Source of the DNA: a virus | Taxonomy: Duplodnaviria > Caudoviricetes | Length of the DNA stretch: 64,000 nucleotides | Strand: one strand, 5' to 3' | IMG/VR virus record: IMGVR_UViG_3300021399_000103 | Location: 112,420-176,419 of that record | Shown here: positions 31,565-39,947 of the stretch, one piece after another | Position numbering within the stretch: the stretch's first letter is position 1 | Layout: the number at the start of each line of letters is the position of its first letter | Position numbers and translations under genes: made by a program | Notes under the pieces: generated by a model | The model's database searches: none | The model's input: the letters and a program-made list of their open reading frames with translations, nothing else | What the model was told of the DNA's origin: nothing

Positions 31565-31644
31565 CACCCAGGCAAGGAGTCGAACCCTTTGACGATAGAT
31601 TTGGAGTCTATTGGAGGCCCGGCCTCCTTTAAGTCTACCCAGAT
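31565..31644 (-). tRNA. tRNA-Trp(CCA) with atypical D region
   Basis: ATAGA-CTCCAAA-TCTAT; T-loop TTCGACT; D region is a long linker plus GGAGGC-CGG-GCCTCC. Confidence 0.8.
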
Positions 31645-31744
31645 ATATTTATGTCTGTTTACCCCAACTCCAACAGACCGCATCAGTCGCCCAAAAATTA
31701 CCACCGCCATATAGACGGGCTGATGTCCCCAACTATGATTTACG

Positions 31745-31818
31745 TGCGGCGGGCGGGATTCGAACCCGCAAAACTCTGGGTTTGAGCCAGATATGTATGC
31801 CAGTTCCATCACCGCCAC
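31745..31818 (-). tRNA. tRNA-Leu(CAA), short variable arm
   Basis: Loop CTCAAAC. Confidence 0.85.
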
Positions 31819-31825
31819 AAATCAG

Positions 31826-31897
31826 GTTGACCTATCAGAATTGAACTGATATAACTGGAGCCACAATCCAGGGCACTACCATTGTGCTAAGGCCAAC
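31826..31897 (-). tRNA. tRNA-His(GUG)
   Basis: Loop TTGTGGC; G-1/C73. Confidence 0.9.
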
Positions 31898-31903
31898 ATA
31901 AAG

Positions 31904-31975
31904 AGGACCAGGTCGGATGCGCGCCGACGATCGGGGTGTTGCAGACCCCTGCCTTAACTCCTTGGCTACAGGTCC
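31904..31975 (-). tRNA. tRNA-Cys(GCA), non-canonical T-loop
   Basis: Loop CTGCAAC; U73; T-loop CGCGCAT. Confidence 0.75.
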
Positions 31976-32166
31976 ATTCTGTTCATTAACTTATCTATTC
32001 CTTCTGGAGAATAACCAGCAACTTTTAATGCTTTAAACCAAGCATACATTGCTTCTTCATAAGTAGCACCTTCATTAACTTCAATCTCACAATATAAGGC
32101 ATATTGTGAATCGTATCCAATATCCTTATCTTCAAAAGCTTTTTCTGTAACAATAATTTTCAACAT
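31966..32166 (-). CDS. Hypothetical protein
   Basis: Promoter and RBS; stop overlaps tRNA-Cys 5' end. Confidence 0.5.
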   Translation of the reverse strand: MLKIIVTEKAFEDKDIGYDSQYALYCEIEVNEGATYEEAMYAWFKALKVAGYSPEGIDKLMNRMDL

Positions 32167-32225
32167 ATTTATTACCTCTTTCTTTATATATATATTATAT
32201 CATATTTTTTTTATTTTTCAAATTT

Positions 32226-32660
32226 CTATTTTTTATCAAACAGCTTTGTATAACTATCAGTAGCGTCACAGAATAATACTACCTCTTTATTTATAGGAAT
32301 ATAATTTACTTCATATTTAACAAATGGAATTGGTTTAACTTCTTCCCAATCGTAACATTCGCTATCATAACAATTATCAGTATAATAATACGCAAAATAT
32401 CTGTCTTTAACTTTAATAATTAAAGTTCTATATGCACAACTTTTATAAGTATCATATTCATCTAAAACGTCATCAAAAATGAAGTTATTACCTAGTTCTG
32501 TTAATAATCTCCAAGATTCATCATCTCCTACAAGAGAACCATGATCTTCCCAATTAAGTAACATTGCTTCAGCAAGAGTATCATCATCGACCTTATCAGA
32601 ATAATATAATTTTTCAATAGAAATAGGCTCTAAGATTAATTGCATTTGTTCAAATTTCAT
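32226..32660 (-). CDS. Acidic hypothetical protein
   Basis: Promoter and RBS. Confidence 0.55.
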   Translation of the reverse strand: MKFEQMQLILEPISIEKLYYSDKVDDDTLAEAMLLNWEDHGSLVGDDESWRLLTELGNNFIFDDVLDEYDTYKSCAYRTLIIKVKDRYFAYYYTDNCYDSECYDWEEVKPIPFVKYEVNYIPINKEVVLFCDATDSYTKLFDKK

Positions 32661-32781
32661 CTTCTTTTCCTTTCTTTATACAATAATTATATTATATATT
32701 TTTTAATTTTTCAGCTAAAGAAAAATACTGTAAGATTTTTCTTACAGTATTATTATATAATAATTTTATTATTTTTTCAAA

Positions 32782-34059
32782 TTAGTTTTTATGAGGTAAG
32801 ATTAAATTAGTAATAATTCCAAGAATTAAAGCACAAGCTACTGAAGTTAAAGTAATTGCGCCAATAGATAAGGTTAAACCACCAATTCCAGTTATTAAAA
32901 TAATTGAAATAATCATAACATTATTTATATCTTCAAAATCAACATTCTTAAACATTTTCAAACCAGAAGAAGCAATATAACCATATAATAGCATTGTAAC
33001 TCCACCCATTACACATGCGGGAATACTTGACAAGATTGTCGCAATTGGGCCAATAAAGGAAATGATTAAACACTCTAATGCCGCAACCGCAATTACAAAT
33101 GTTGAAGCTGATTTAGTAAAAGCTGTTGTAGCAATGGATTCGCCATATGTTGTATTAGGACAACCTCCGAATATTGCTCCACCAATAGATCCAATACCAT
33201 CACCAAGTAATGTTCTATGTAAACCCGGATCTTTAAGTAGATCTTGGTTTACTATTGTAGAAAGATTGCGGTGGTCGGCTAAGTGTTCCGCAAAGACGAC
33301 GAATGCTACCGGAACATAAGCAACGGCAATTGTTCCAATATATCCTGGAGTTAATTCAGAAAAAGCACCGAGCGCAGAAATGAATACAAAATTTGGAATG
33401 GAAAATAAGTGTATATTAGAGAAAATAGTTAAATTAATAATTGGGATACCGGCACAAGATATTGCTAAAGCGGCAATATATCCTGTAAAAATACCGAAGA
33501 TAAATGGAATCATTTTTACTCTTGGAGAGCCATATGCGGAAGCAAGCATTGTTGTAAATAAAGCAATCATACCGCATAGAATACCCCAATAACCACCAGT
33601 AGTAAGATTAGTGATTGCGCTGCCTGCTAAGCCGAGCCCTATAATCGCCACTGTTGGACCGATTACAACGGGAGGCATCAATTTTTCAATCCAGTTAGTT
33701 CCGACCGCTTTAACGACAGCCGCAATAATCACATATATAAGACCCGCAAAAATTGCGCCAATAATGAGACCAAGATATCCAAGTCCTATTGTTGCGGCTC
33801 CTGCGAATGCCGCAGTCATTGAGCCAATAAAAGCAAAACTTGAACCAAGAAATACTGGACTTCTCATTTTAGTAAAAAAAAGGTAAATAAAAGTTCCAAT
33901 ACCAGCTCCGAAAATTGCGGCAGAAGGATCAAGACCATTACCAATAATCATTGGTACTGTAATTGTAGCTGCCATAATTGCCAAAACCTGTTGGAACGCA
34001 AGAATAATAGCCTCTTTAATTGGAGGTTTTTCATTAATCTGATAAATTAAACTATTCAT
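32782..34059 (-). CDS. Uracil/xanthine permease (NCS2, UraA/PyrP-like)
   Basis: FLGSSFAFI, PPVVIGP, EHLAD, GLHRTLLGDG, PNTTYGES. Confidence 0.92.
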   Translation of the reverse strand: MNSLIYQINEKPPIKEAIILAFQQVLAIMAATITVPMIIGNGLDPSAAIFGAGIGTFIYLFFTKMRSPVFLGSSFAFIGSMTAAFAGAATIGLGYLGLIIGAIFAGLIYVIIAAVVKAVGTNWIEKLMPPVVIGPTVAIIGLGLAGSAITNLTTGGYWGILCGMIALFTTMLASAYGSPRVKMIPFIFGIFTGYIAALAISCAGIPIINLTIFSNIHLFSIPNFVFISALGAFSELTPGYIGTIAVAYVPVAFVVFAEHLADHRNLSTIVNQDLLKDPGLHRTLLGDGIGSIGGAIFGGCPNTTYGESIATTAFTKSASTFVIAVAALECLIISFIGPIATILSSIPACVMGGVTMLLYGYIASSGLKMFKNVDFEDINNVMIISIILITGIGGLTLSIGAITLTSVACALILGIITNLILPHKN

Positions 34060-34124
34060 ATCTTTTTCTCCTTACTTTTTATTATACCAAAAAATAAAAA
34101 GTAAGTCAAAAAAGAGTGGTATTT

Positions 34125-34415
34125 CTACCACTCTATATGTCGAGGAAGTACTTTCATATTCATCTCGTTTTCATCTAATGAATATTGTAATGATTCTAAT
34201 TTTTTCAAATCAGAAATCTTATAACCATTACGGTTAGTTTTTGCGGAGCATATAGGACATGAACAATGAATTTTATTTTTGCTTAAACGATGTTTTTGTT
34301 TTTCCCAAAAATCTTTATACCATCCTTCATCTTCCCAAACGTGTCTAATAATATTTGCCTTTTTATGGATTTTTCTCCAATCATTATGGCGACGTTCTGC
34401 TTTTGTTCTACGCAT
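34125..34415 (-). CDS. Small basic protein with HCSCPIC motif
   Basis: AGGAGG RBS. Confidence 0.55.
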   Translation of the reverse strand: MRRTKAERRHNDWRKIHKKANIIRHVWEDEGWYKDFWEKQKHRLSKNKIHCSCPICSAKTNRNGYKISDLKKLESLQYSLDENEMNMKVLPRHIEW

Positions 34416-34560
34416 AAAATACCTCCTAATTATTAGGCTAGGCCTCCGAGAGCAGGACGCTTAACCCTGCATCTTCCTTACCGCGGCGGATATGCTATCT
34501 TGGAAACGATTTTGCACCATCTCGTTCTTTTAATTTTTCCTATTTCCTCCTAATAAAAAG

Positions 34561-34633
34561 CGGCTCCAGATGGACTTGCACCATCCACACCGACATTTTC
34601 AGTGTCGTGCTCTACTGTCTGAGCTACAGAGCC
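34561..34633 (-). tRNA. tRNA-Phe(GAA)
   Basis: Loop CTGAAAA; T-loop TGCAAGT. Confidence 0.82.
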
Positions 34634-34741
34634 AATTATTATATCAACCAAGCCTTCTACCAACAGTTGATATGTATCTGACACCACACGTTATTTACAG
34701 CCACGCGTTACGGCTTTGGCTAGGTCAGATGTCCCTTTTAG

Positions 34742-34851
34742 TGGAGCCCTAGGGATTTGAACCCTCGTTTCTGGTGACGAACCAGCCTCTTGCCATTGGA
34801 CATACTCACAATGTTGTCATCGTTGCCCCTTTGTCTCCCGAAGATGGCCCC
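34742..34851 (-). ncRNA. tRNA-like RNA with Ala-type acceptor (G3.U70) and no canonical anticodon arm
   Basis: GGGGCC...AGGG-TTCAAAT-CCCT-AGGGCTCCA; directly downstream of tmRNA. Confidence 0.55.
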
Positions 34852-34857
34852 ATATAG

Positions 34858-35206
34858 TGGAGCTGCGGGGAGTCGAACCCCGGTCTTGTTCAGTATACTA
34901 TCGCAATTCTCTTTATCCACAGCTTACTCAAATATTAACTTAGCAAACATATTATTTGAGAACTTTTGTTTGCGGCAGCCCGCATATGAGATCGGATTAA
35001 GCGGCGAGCGCACCTATTCCGTTTGCTTTAATTTATACTCTAACTAGCAAGCTAAAGCTACTTGATAGGAAGGAGCAAAGAAATTCTTGATCTTTGCGAA
35101 TGTGCTTTTAATAAAGTTTGCGTTTAATTTTTAATTTAGTGGTTAGAGTCACTACCTCGCTGCGAATTTTGACCTCAACTGCCAATCGATTTCCATTTAC
35201 AACCCC
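34858..35206 (-). ncRNA. ssrA: tmRNA; tag ANFIKSTFAKIKNFFAPSYQVALAC*
   Basis: 5' GGGGTTGTAAATGGAAATCGA, resume codon after TTAAAC, 3' GACCGGGGTTCGACTCCCCGCAGCTCCA. Confidence 0.93.
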
Positions 35207-35210
35207 ATAT

Positions 35211-35325
35211 ATCTTGGGTAAGGATTTGCACCTTACATAGTTTTCGCCTTGGTCGTCATAAGCTGTCACCTCCGCTAAACCTCGTATCCTATTAACTCAG
35301 CGTCTACCTATTTCGCCACCAAGAT
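35211..35325 (-). ncRNA. tRNA-like RNA with D and T arms and expanded middle
   Basis: ATCTTGG/CCAAGAT, GGCGAAATAGGTAGACGCT, GTAAGG-TGCAAAT-CCTTAC. Confidence 0.65.
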
Positions 35326-35329
35326 AATT

Positions 35330-35662
35330 TTAATCTAATTCCCACCAAAAGTCAAAGGATTTGTTATAAGTTGAATCATAAACATTCATTTTCTTATTTC
35401 TTCTGGCGTAACGATGCCCATATGTTTTTAGATACTTACTGCGATGGCCGCGCCATCTTCTCTGAATGTAAGCTCCTTCGGCAGGAATGCCACGCATTGT
35501 ATTCCAATCCCAATCATAGTCACTCCATCCTACAGGCCACGGATACCAATGGTCACCGCCAATATCAATTAAATGTTTAAGTTTTCTTTTTTCTTTGCGG
35601 AGGTGCGCATGACGCATACTTTTGGACTTACCTGAATAAGGATCTTTATATCTATGTGCCAT
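35330..35662 (-). CDS. Very basic Trp-rich hypothetical protein
   Basis: GGAGG RBS before MAHRYK. Confidence 0.55.
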   Translation of the reverse strand: MAHRYKDPYSGKSKSMRHAHLRKEKRKLKHLIDIGGDHWYPWPVGWSDYDWDWNTMRGIPAEGAYIQRRWRGHRSKYLKTYGHRYARRNKKMNVYDSTYNKSFDFWWELD

Positions 35663-35676
35663 ATATACCTCCATAG

Positions 35677-35748
35677 TCCGGATGGGAGGAATTGAACCTC
35701 CACTCTTGCCCTTATAAGGAGCCCGCTTTACCTTTAAGCTACACCCGG
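35677..35748 (-). tRNA. tRNA-Ile(UAU)
   Basis: Loop CTTATAA. Confidence 0.8.
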
Positions 35749-35970
35749 TTATTCTTCGTCACCAGTCCAGATACGTTCAACCCAATCTTGCCAACTGATT
35801 TCTGGATAAAAATCTGAAAATACCCAAGTATATAATATATCACCAACTGCGTTCCAATTTTCAATCGTATTTTCACAATTTTTATATTTAGCTAAATCTA
35901 ATCTTAGTCCTTGATTATCTATTGGAATATGATCTAATAAATCAATAATTACTTCTGATAATTCTCTCAT
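35749..35970 (-). CDS. Hypothetical protein
   Basis: AGGAG RBS; between tRNAs. Confidence 0.5.
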   Translation of the reverse strand: MRELSEVIIDLLDHIPIDNQGLRLDLAKYKNCENTIENWNAVGDILYTWVFSDFYPEISWQDWVERIWTGDEE

Positions 35971-35987
35971 ATATATCTCCTAAAAAG

Positions 35988-36060
35988 TGACCCCGGAGAG
36001 GCTCGAACTCTCGCTCCCGTGATTAAAAGTCACGTGCTTTACCAACTAAGCTACGGGATC
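35988..36060 (-). tRNA. tRNA-Lys(UUU)
   Basis: Loop CTTTTAA. Confidence 0.92.
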
Positions 36061-36066
36061 AAATAA

Positions 36067-36140
36067 CACCCTCAGCTGGATTTGAACCAGCGACCTACGG
36101 TTTAGAAGACCGTTGCTCTATCCAGTTGAGCTATAAGGGC
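36067..36140 (-). tRNA. tRNA-Arg(UCU)
   Basis: Loop CTTCTAA. Confidence 0.92.
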
Positions 36141-36145
36141 ATGAA

Positions 36146-36189
36146 GTTCTATCCTATTTAAAGACCAGGATTGAACGAGTAGAGGTCTT
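36146..36189 (-). ncRNA. H-type pseudoknot in tRNA spacer (copy 1)
   Basis: P1 AAGACC/GGTCTT; P2 GTTC-A-ATCC/GGAT-A-GAAC; linker TAAATA. Confidence 0.65.
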
Positions 36190-36191
36190 AG

Positions 36192-36265
36192 TCGGGATAG
36201 CAGGATTCGAACCTGTGACCTCATCGTCCCAAGCGACGCGCTCTACCAAACTGAGCTATATCCCG
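36192..36265 (-). tRNA. tRNA-Pro(UGG)
   Basis: Loop CTTGGGA. Confidence 0.92.
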
Positions 36266-36276
36266 ATAAAAGGTGG

Positions 36277-36759
36277 CTATTTTACCACTCTTTTTATAAC
36301 AGCTAAACCAATAATCATGGTAATAGTATCAATAGCAAATGCCACCATACTTTTTATAATTTTTACTTCAAATGGAATACTGTATAAGAAGCATTCAATT
36401 CCAGTTTTTGCAACAAGAATACCGAGGGCTACAAAGAAAATAATTGCAACAATTCTTTTCCAAGTTTTTTCAGTATGCTTAAACACAAATCCACATCCTA
36501 ATCCAATAATTAAGTTAGCAACGAACCAACCAATACTGAATCCATATGGAGAGAATAAAATACTCTCAATACCACATCCTACCGCTCCGATAAAAGCACC
36601 CCACATACCAAACATCGCACATCCTACCGTCAAGGCTATATAGCCAAGATCCAAAGAGATAGCTCCAATAAGTGGGATTTTCATCATAGCACTAAGCACT
36701 ACATAAAGTGAAGTTAAAATCGCAATACCACTAATTTTTCTTACTGTTGGTTTATTCAT
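36277..36759 (-). CDS. ECF transporter S component (substrate unknown)
   Basis: ~160 aa, 5-6 TM helices, KISGIAILTSLYVVL, IP..G.ISLDLG..FG..GAFIGAVG. Confidence 0.8.
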   Translation of the reverse strand: MNKPTVRKISGIAILTSLYVVLSAMMKIPLIGAISLDLGYIALTVGCAMFGMWGAFIGAVGCGIESILFSPYGFSIGWFVANLIIGLGCGFVFKHTEKTWKRIVAIIFFVALGILVAKTGIECFLYSIPFEVKIIKSMVAFAIDTITMIIGLAVIKRVVK

Positions 36760-36764
36760 AATTT

Positions 36765-36884
36765 TCTCCTTTCGTATTTGAATAAACCAAAAATACTAAG
36801 GATAGTATTTTTGGGGATAGTTTAACGACATAATTTGCGACAAATACAAACATCTTGGTCGAACCTTTATAGTTGGTTAAACTA
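36765..36884 (-). promoter_or_regulatory. Candidate riboswitch-like pseudoknotted leader of the S-component gene
   Basis: P1 TAGTTTAAC/GTTAAACTA; loop TTTGTATTTG pairs with CAAATACGAA next to the SD. Confidence 0.5.
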
Positions 36885-36885
36885 A

Positions 36886-36961
36886 TGGACCGTATGGGAG
36901 TCGAACCCATCTGATATTCTGCTTGCAAGGCAGATGACCACCCCTGGCAGTCCCACAGCCC
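36886..36961 (-). tRNA. tRNA-Ala(UGC)
   Basis: Loop CTTGCAA; G3.U70. Confidence 0.85.
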
Positions 36962-36966
36962 AAGAA

Positions 36967-37010
36967 GACTCTACTTTATTTAAAGACTGAAGTTGAGTCG
37001 GTATAGTCTT
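36967..37010 (-). ncRNA. H-type pseudoknot in tRNA spacer (copy 2)
   Basis: P1 AAGACT/AGTCTT; P2 GACTC-A-ACTT/AAGT-A-GAGTC; linker TAAATA. Confidence 0.65.
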
Positions 37011-37012
37011 AG

Positions 37013-37086
37013 CTGAGGTGGAGGGACTTGAACCCCCGAATGACCGAGTCAAAGTCGGTTGCGTTTACCAGCTTCGCCACACCCCA
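37013..37086 (-). tRNA. tRNA-Gln(UUG)
   Basis: Loop CTTTGAC. Confidence 0.92.
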
Positions 37087-37124
37087 ATAGCTAGCTCCAT
37101 ATTACAATGGAGCAGTTTTAATTT

Positions 37125-37706
37125 TTACATCCAAGTAAAAGCGTATCCTAATGTTGCTTCAGTTTTATCTTCAAACACATCAGAAACAAATACTCTATGT
37201 GTCATCTGATTTACAGCTACAAGAGCAACAGAAACATCGTCGTCAGGTCCTGCAGAGATCGTTTTTGCCATAAAGATATGATTTAAACCTTTTGTCATCT
37301 TTGTTCCAAGGTAAGCGAATGGCTCAAATCTTAGTCCTATATAAATCTCAAAAGCATCATCCCAAGTTGCTTTTGCGTTTTCATCCATATCGAAAGTGTC
37401 ATTAATTGTTACGCCACCAAGACCTGTTCCGCTATCTAAAATATGCTCAATATTTACAAGAGTTGCGGTCATATCTCCTGGTTTTTCATTAAAGATTAAC
37501 ATTACAATGTTAGTTGTATCTTTACCAGTTAGAACAGTCTGTTTTGCCAAAACCGCATGGTTTGTACCATTTACCACTTGAGAGCCGAGATATGCAATTT
37601 CTTTATATTCAGCTCCAGTCATAACTTCATTTAGATTTGCCATTGTCGTAGCAACTTTCTGCGGCAATTTACTAACCTGTACATCAATGTTCCAATTTCC
37701 CGTCAT
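37125..37706 (-). CDS. Hypothetical protein with two internal repeats
   Basis: YKEIAYLGSQVVNGTNH and FEPFAYLGTKMTKGLNH. Confidence 0.65.
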   Translation of the reverse strand: MTGNWNIDVQVSKLPQKVATTMANLNEVMTGAEYKEIAYLGSQVVNGTNHAVLAKQTVLTGKDTTNIVMLIFNEKPGDMTATLVNIEHILDSGTGLGGVTINDTFDMDENAKATWDDAFEIYIGLRFEPFAYLGTKMTKGLNHIFMAKTISAGPDDDVSVALVAVNQMTHRVFVSDVFEDKTEATLGYAFTWM

Positions 37707-37731
37707 TTATTCTGTCCTTTCTTTCTAAAAG

Positions 37732-37816
37732 TGGGTTGGGTAGGAATCGAACCTACGGTGTATCTTACGTAACGGGTTTACAGCCCGCCCCAATCGCCAT
37801 CTATGGATACCAACCC
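37732..37816 (-). tRNA. tRNA-Tyr(GUA)
   Basis: Loop CTGTAAA; long variable arm. Confidence 0.88.
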
Positions 37817-38027
37817 AAATGAGTGAGGTTTTCTCCCTTTTATGGGTGCGGGATAACCTCAAACCTGAGAGCACTTTACTTCGCTTCTTTATATAGCGTT
37901 TTCCGCTGTAGCCACATATCACTGACCCGCATATCTCTAAGGACGCCGAGGTTGAGTGCCGGTGGTAGTTTAAGTGCTAAATCCGTGTTAACGCTCTGCC
38001 CGGACTAACGCGGAACCGGGAGCTAAG

Positions 38028-38108
38028 TCGAGATGGTCGGACTCGAACCGACACGCACAAGGCACCAGTTTCTAAGACTGGCATGGCTACCAGTTACATC
38101 ACATCCCG
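38028..38108 (-). tRNA. tRNA-Leu(UAG)
   Basis: Loop CTTAGAA. Confidence 0.88.
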
Positions 38109-38111
38109 ATA

Positions 38112-38186
38112 TGGAGTCCTGAACGGGAATCGAACCCGTATATTCGCCTTGGCAAGGCGACGCACTAACCATTGTACTACCAAGAC
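38112..38186 (-). tRNA. tRNA-Gly(GCC), CCA encoded
   Basis: Loop TTGCCAA. Confidence 0.88.
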
Positions 38187-38190
38187 ATAA

Positions 38191-38274
38191 TCCCCAGAGC
38201 CGGATTCGAACCGGCACGACCTTTCGATCACGGGATTTTAAGTCCCGGGCGGCTACCCGTTACGCCATCTGGGG
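38191..38274 (-). tRNA. tRNA-Leu(UAA)
   Basis: Loop CTTAAAA. Confidence 0.9.
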
Positions 38275-38280
38275 TTAATT

Positions 38281-38450
38281 GTCACTACTTTTGGACTTCT
38301 TCAGCACGGCCGGCTCTTCTATTCCGTGCGATTCCTAGGTACCGGTGCTACTTATCCTCAGCGTTTTTATTTTGAGGCACTTCCTGAGAGAATGTTGTCC
38401 ATCTTTCTTTCCTACTTTGCAACGCAAGAGAGAATTCGCCTTGTAATGAC
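38281..38450 (-). ncRNA. Promoter-proximal ~170-nt structured RNA
   Basis: Terminal helix GTCATTAC/GTAGTGAC; no ORF. Confidence 0.45.
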
Positions 38451-38500
38451 TTTTTACATATATATTATATCATATTTTTTTAATTTTTTCAAATAAATTA

Positions 38501-38672
38501 AGAAAGGTTTAAGCTACTTTCTACGACTTCCTCTACTTTCTATGGTCGAAATTCCGAAGATCATGACTCCTTCTAACCAGAGGTACTGTTGTATCGCTTC
38601 TTCCTTCAGCGACCTCGGACTTGAGGCTGGCTACTCAGGTGGTACCATTTCCTGTTATTTATTACCTTTCCT
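38501..38672 (-). ncRNA. Promoter-driven ~170-nt structured RNA
   Basis: Terminal helix GAAAGGT/ACCTTTC; GGTAC/GTACC; no credible ORF. Confidence 0.45.
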
Positions 38673-38741
38673 TAACTTACATATATATTATATCATTTAT
38701 TTTTTAATTTTTCAACTTTTGGATTTTACAATCAGAATTAA

Positions 38742-38942
38742 TTAAGAGTTTTTATTTATAACATATAAAAGAACAATAATAGTTATTACAAATTCAATAA
38801 TGAATGGAGATAAGATTACCCACCAACTATAATCAATAACCCCACAAAGTTTCATAGTAATAAGAGATATCTCTAAAGCATCAATAAAATTTAAACCTCT
38901 ATTATTACTATTATTTTCCGATGTGACTTTCCATTTGCTCAT
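38742..38942 (-). CDS. Small membrane protein
   Basis: LKLCGVIDYSWWVILSP-type hydrophobic motif. Confidence 0.6.
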   Translation of the reverse strand: MSKWKVTSENNSNNRGLNFIDALEISLITMKLCGVIDYSWWVILSPFIIEFVITIIVLLYVINKNS

Positions 38943-39438
38943 AATTAAATTCTCCAATCTCAATATTTTCATTTAATACTTTTATAGCTAAATCAGCTTT
39001 TTCCGCAGTCAACCCAAGATTATACCAATCAGTTTTTACTAAATGCTTATCAATATCACATTCCTTAAAATCTGGAAAATACTCATCATCTAAAACGACC
39101 CAGGCTTCTGGTTTATATTTTTGAACAGAAGATTTAATTCCATGACCTCTATAATATAAATCATTTTCCCAAGTGCGATTTAAGATAGAAAGTCCAACAG
39201 CAGAAAATCTTTTATCAATCTCATTGCCAAAATCATCTTGAAAATCTTTATCTAATGGATCTTTAAACCAACGAGTTTTCCAAGTTGATGTTAAAATAAT
39301 TTCTGCATTAGTCTCATCAATAATTCGTTTTAATTGTTGAAGTTTATCCTCATCTATACCAACATAAACATCATATATATATATTGGAGAGGAATCACAA
39401 TTTAAAACGCCATCTATATCTAAATAAACTATTTTCAT
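38911..39438 (-). CDS. HAD phosphatase, Swiss-army-knife RNA-repair type
   Basis: YLDIDGVLN, ILTSTWK, VVLDD, GLT. Confidence 0.85.
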   Translation of the reverse strand: MKIVYLDIDGVLNCDSSPIYIYDVYVGIDEDKLQQLKRIIDETNAEIILTSTWKTRWFKDPLDKDFQDDFGNEIDKRFSAVGLSILNRTWENDLYYRGHGIKSSVQKYKPEAWVVLDDEYFPDFKECDIDKHLVKTDWYNLGLTAEKADLAIKVLNENIEIGEFNYEQMESHIGK

Positions 39439-39683
39439 TCCTATCACCTCTCTTTGTATATATATTATAACATATTTTTTTATAAAAATAAAAAAAACTC
39501 CTTTCAACAAAAGTGAAAGGAGTTTTATAATTACGCTCTATATTATTAACAATATTAGCTATCACTAATAATAATGATTTTTTAATTTATTAGTATCTTT
39601 TTCAAAACCCAGTTTTCCATATAACAAAATAGGATTTACTTTAATAAACTTCGCCGCATCCCAAATATAGGCATTATTTTTAT

Positions 39684-39947
39684 CTATTGTGGAGTATCAC
39701 TAGGAATTGTGTCGCCTGGCTCTTCATTGCTATTATTGCCAGATTCTGAACTTGAACCACCTTCAGCATTTTTTACAGCAATTCATTTGCCTTCTCCATT
39801 TAAGATATAATTAGCATCTTCTTCTATGATAAAACAAGTGCTTCCCATTCGAGTTGTACGAAGATCAATTTTAGAAAGTTCGTCTGATTTATCACAAACA
39901 TAGCGTTTAATTCCTATCTGCTGTTCATTCTTTACAACTGCAATCAT
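39684..39947 (-). CDS. Small protein; 1 in-frame TGA read as Trp; absent from ORF track
   Basis: AAGGAG RBS; MGSTCFIIEEDANYILNGEGK*IAV; TGA 39783-39785; TAG at 39684. Confidence 0.6.

Noticed and set aside
31745-31818. Loop CTCAAAC read as a UCA anticodon
   Set aside because: With the 5-bp stem TCTGG/CCAGA, positions 34-36 are CAA (Leu)
36146-36189. Pistol or theta ribozyme identity for the spacer pseudoknots
   Set aside because: TTAAATAG resembles pistol but P2/P3 and the cleavage site are absent; no HDV P3/L3
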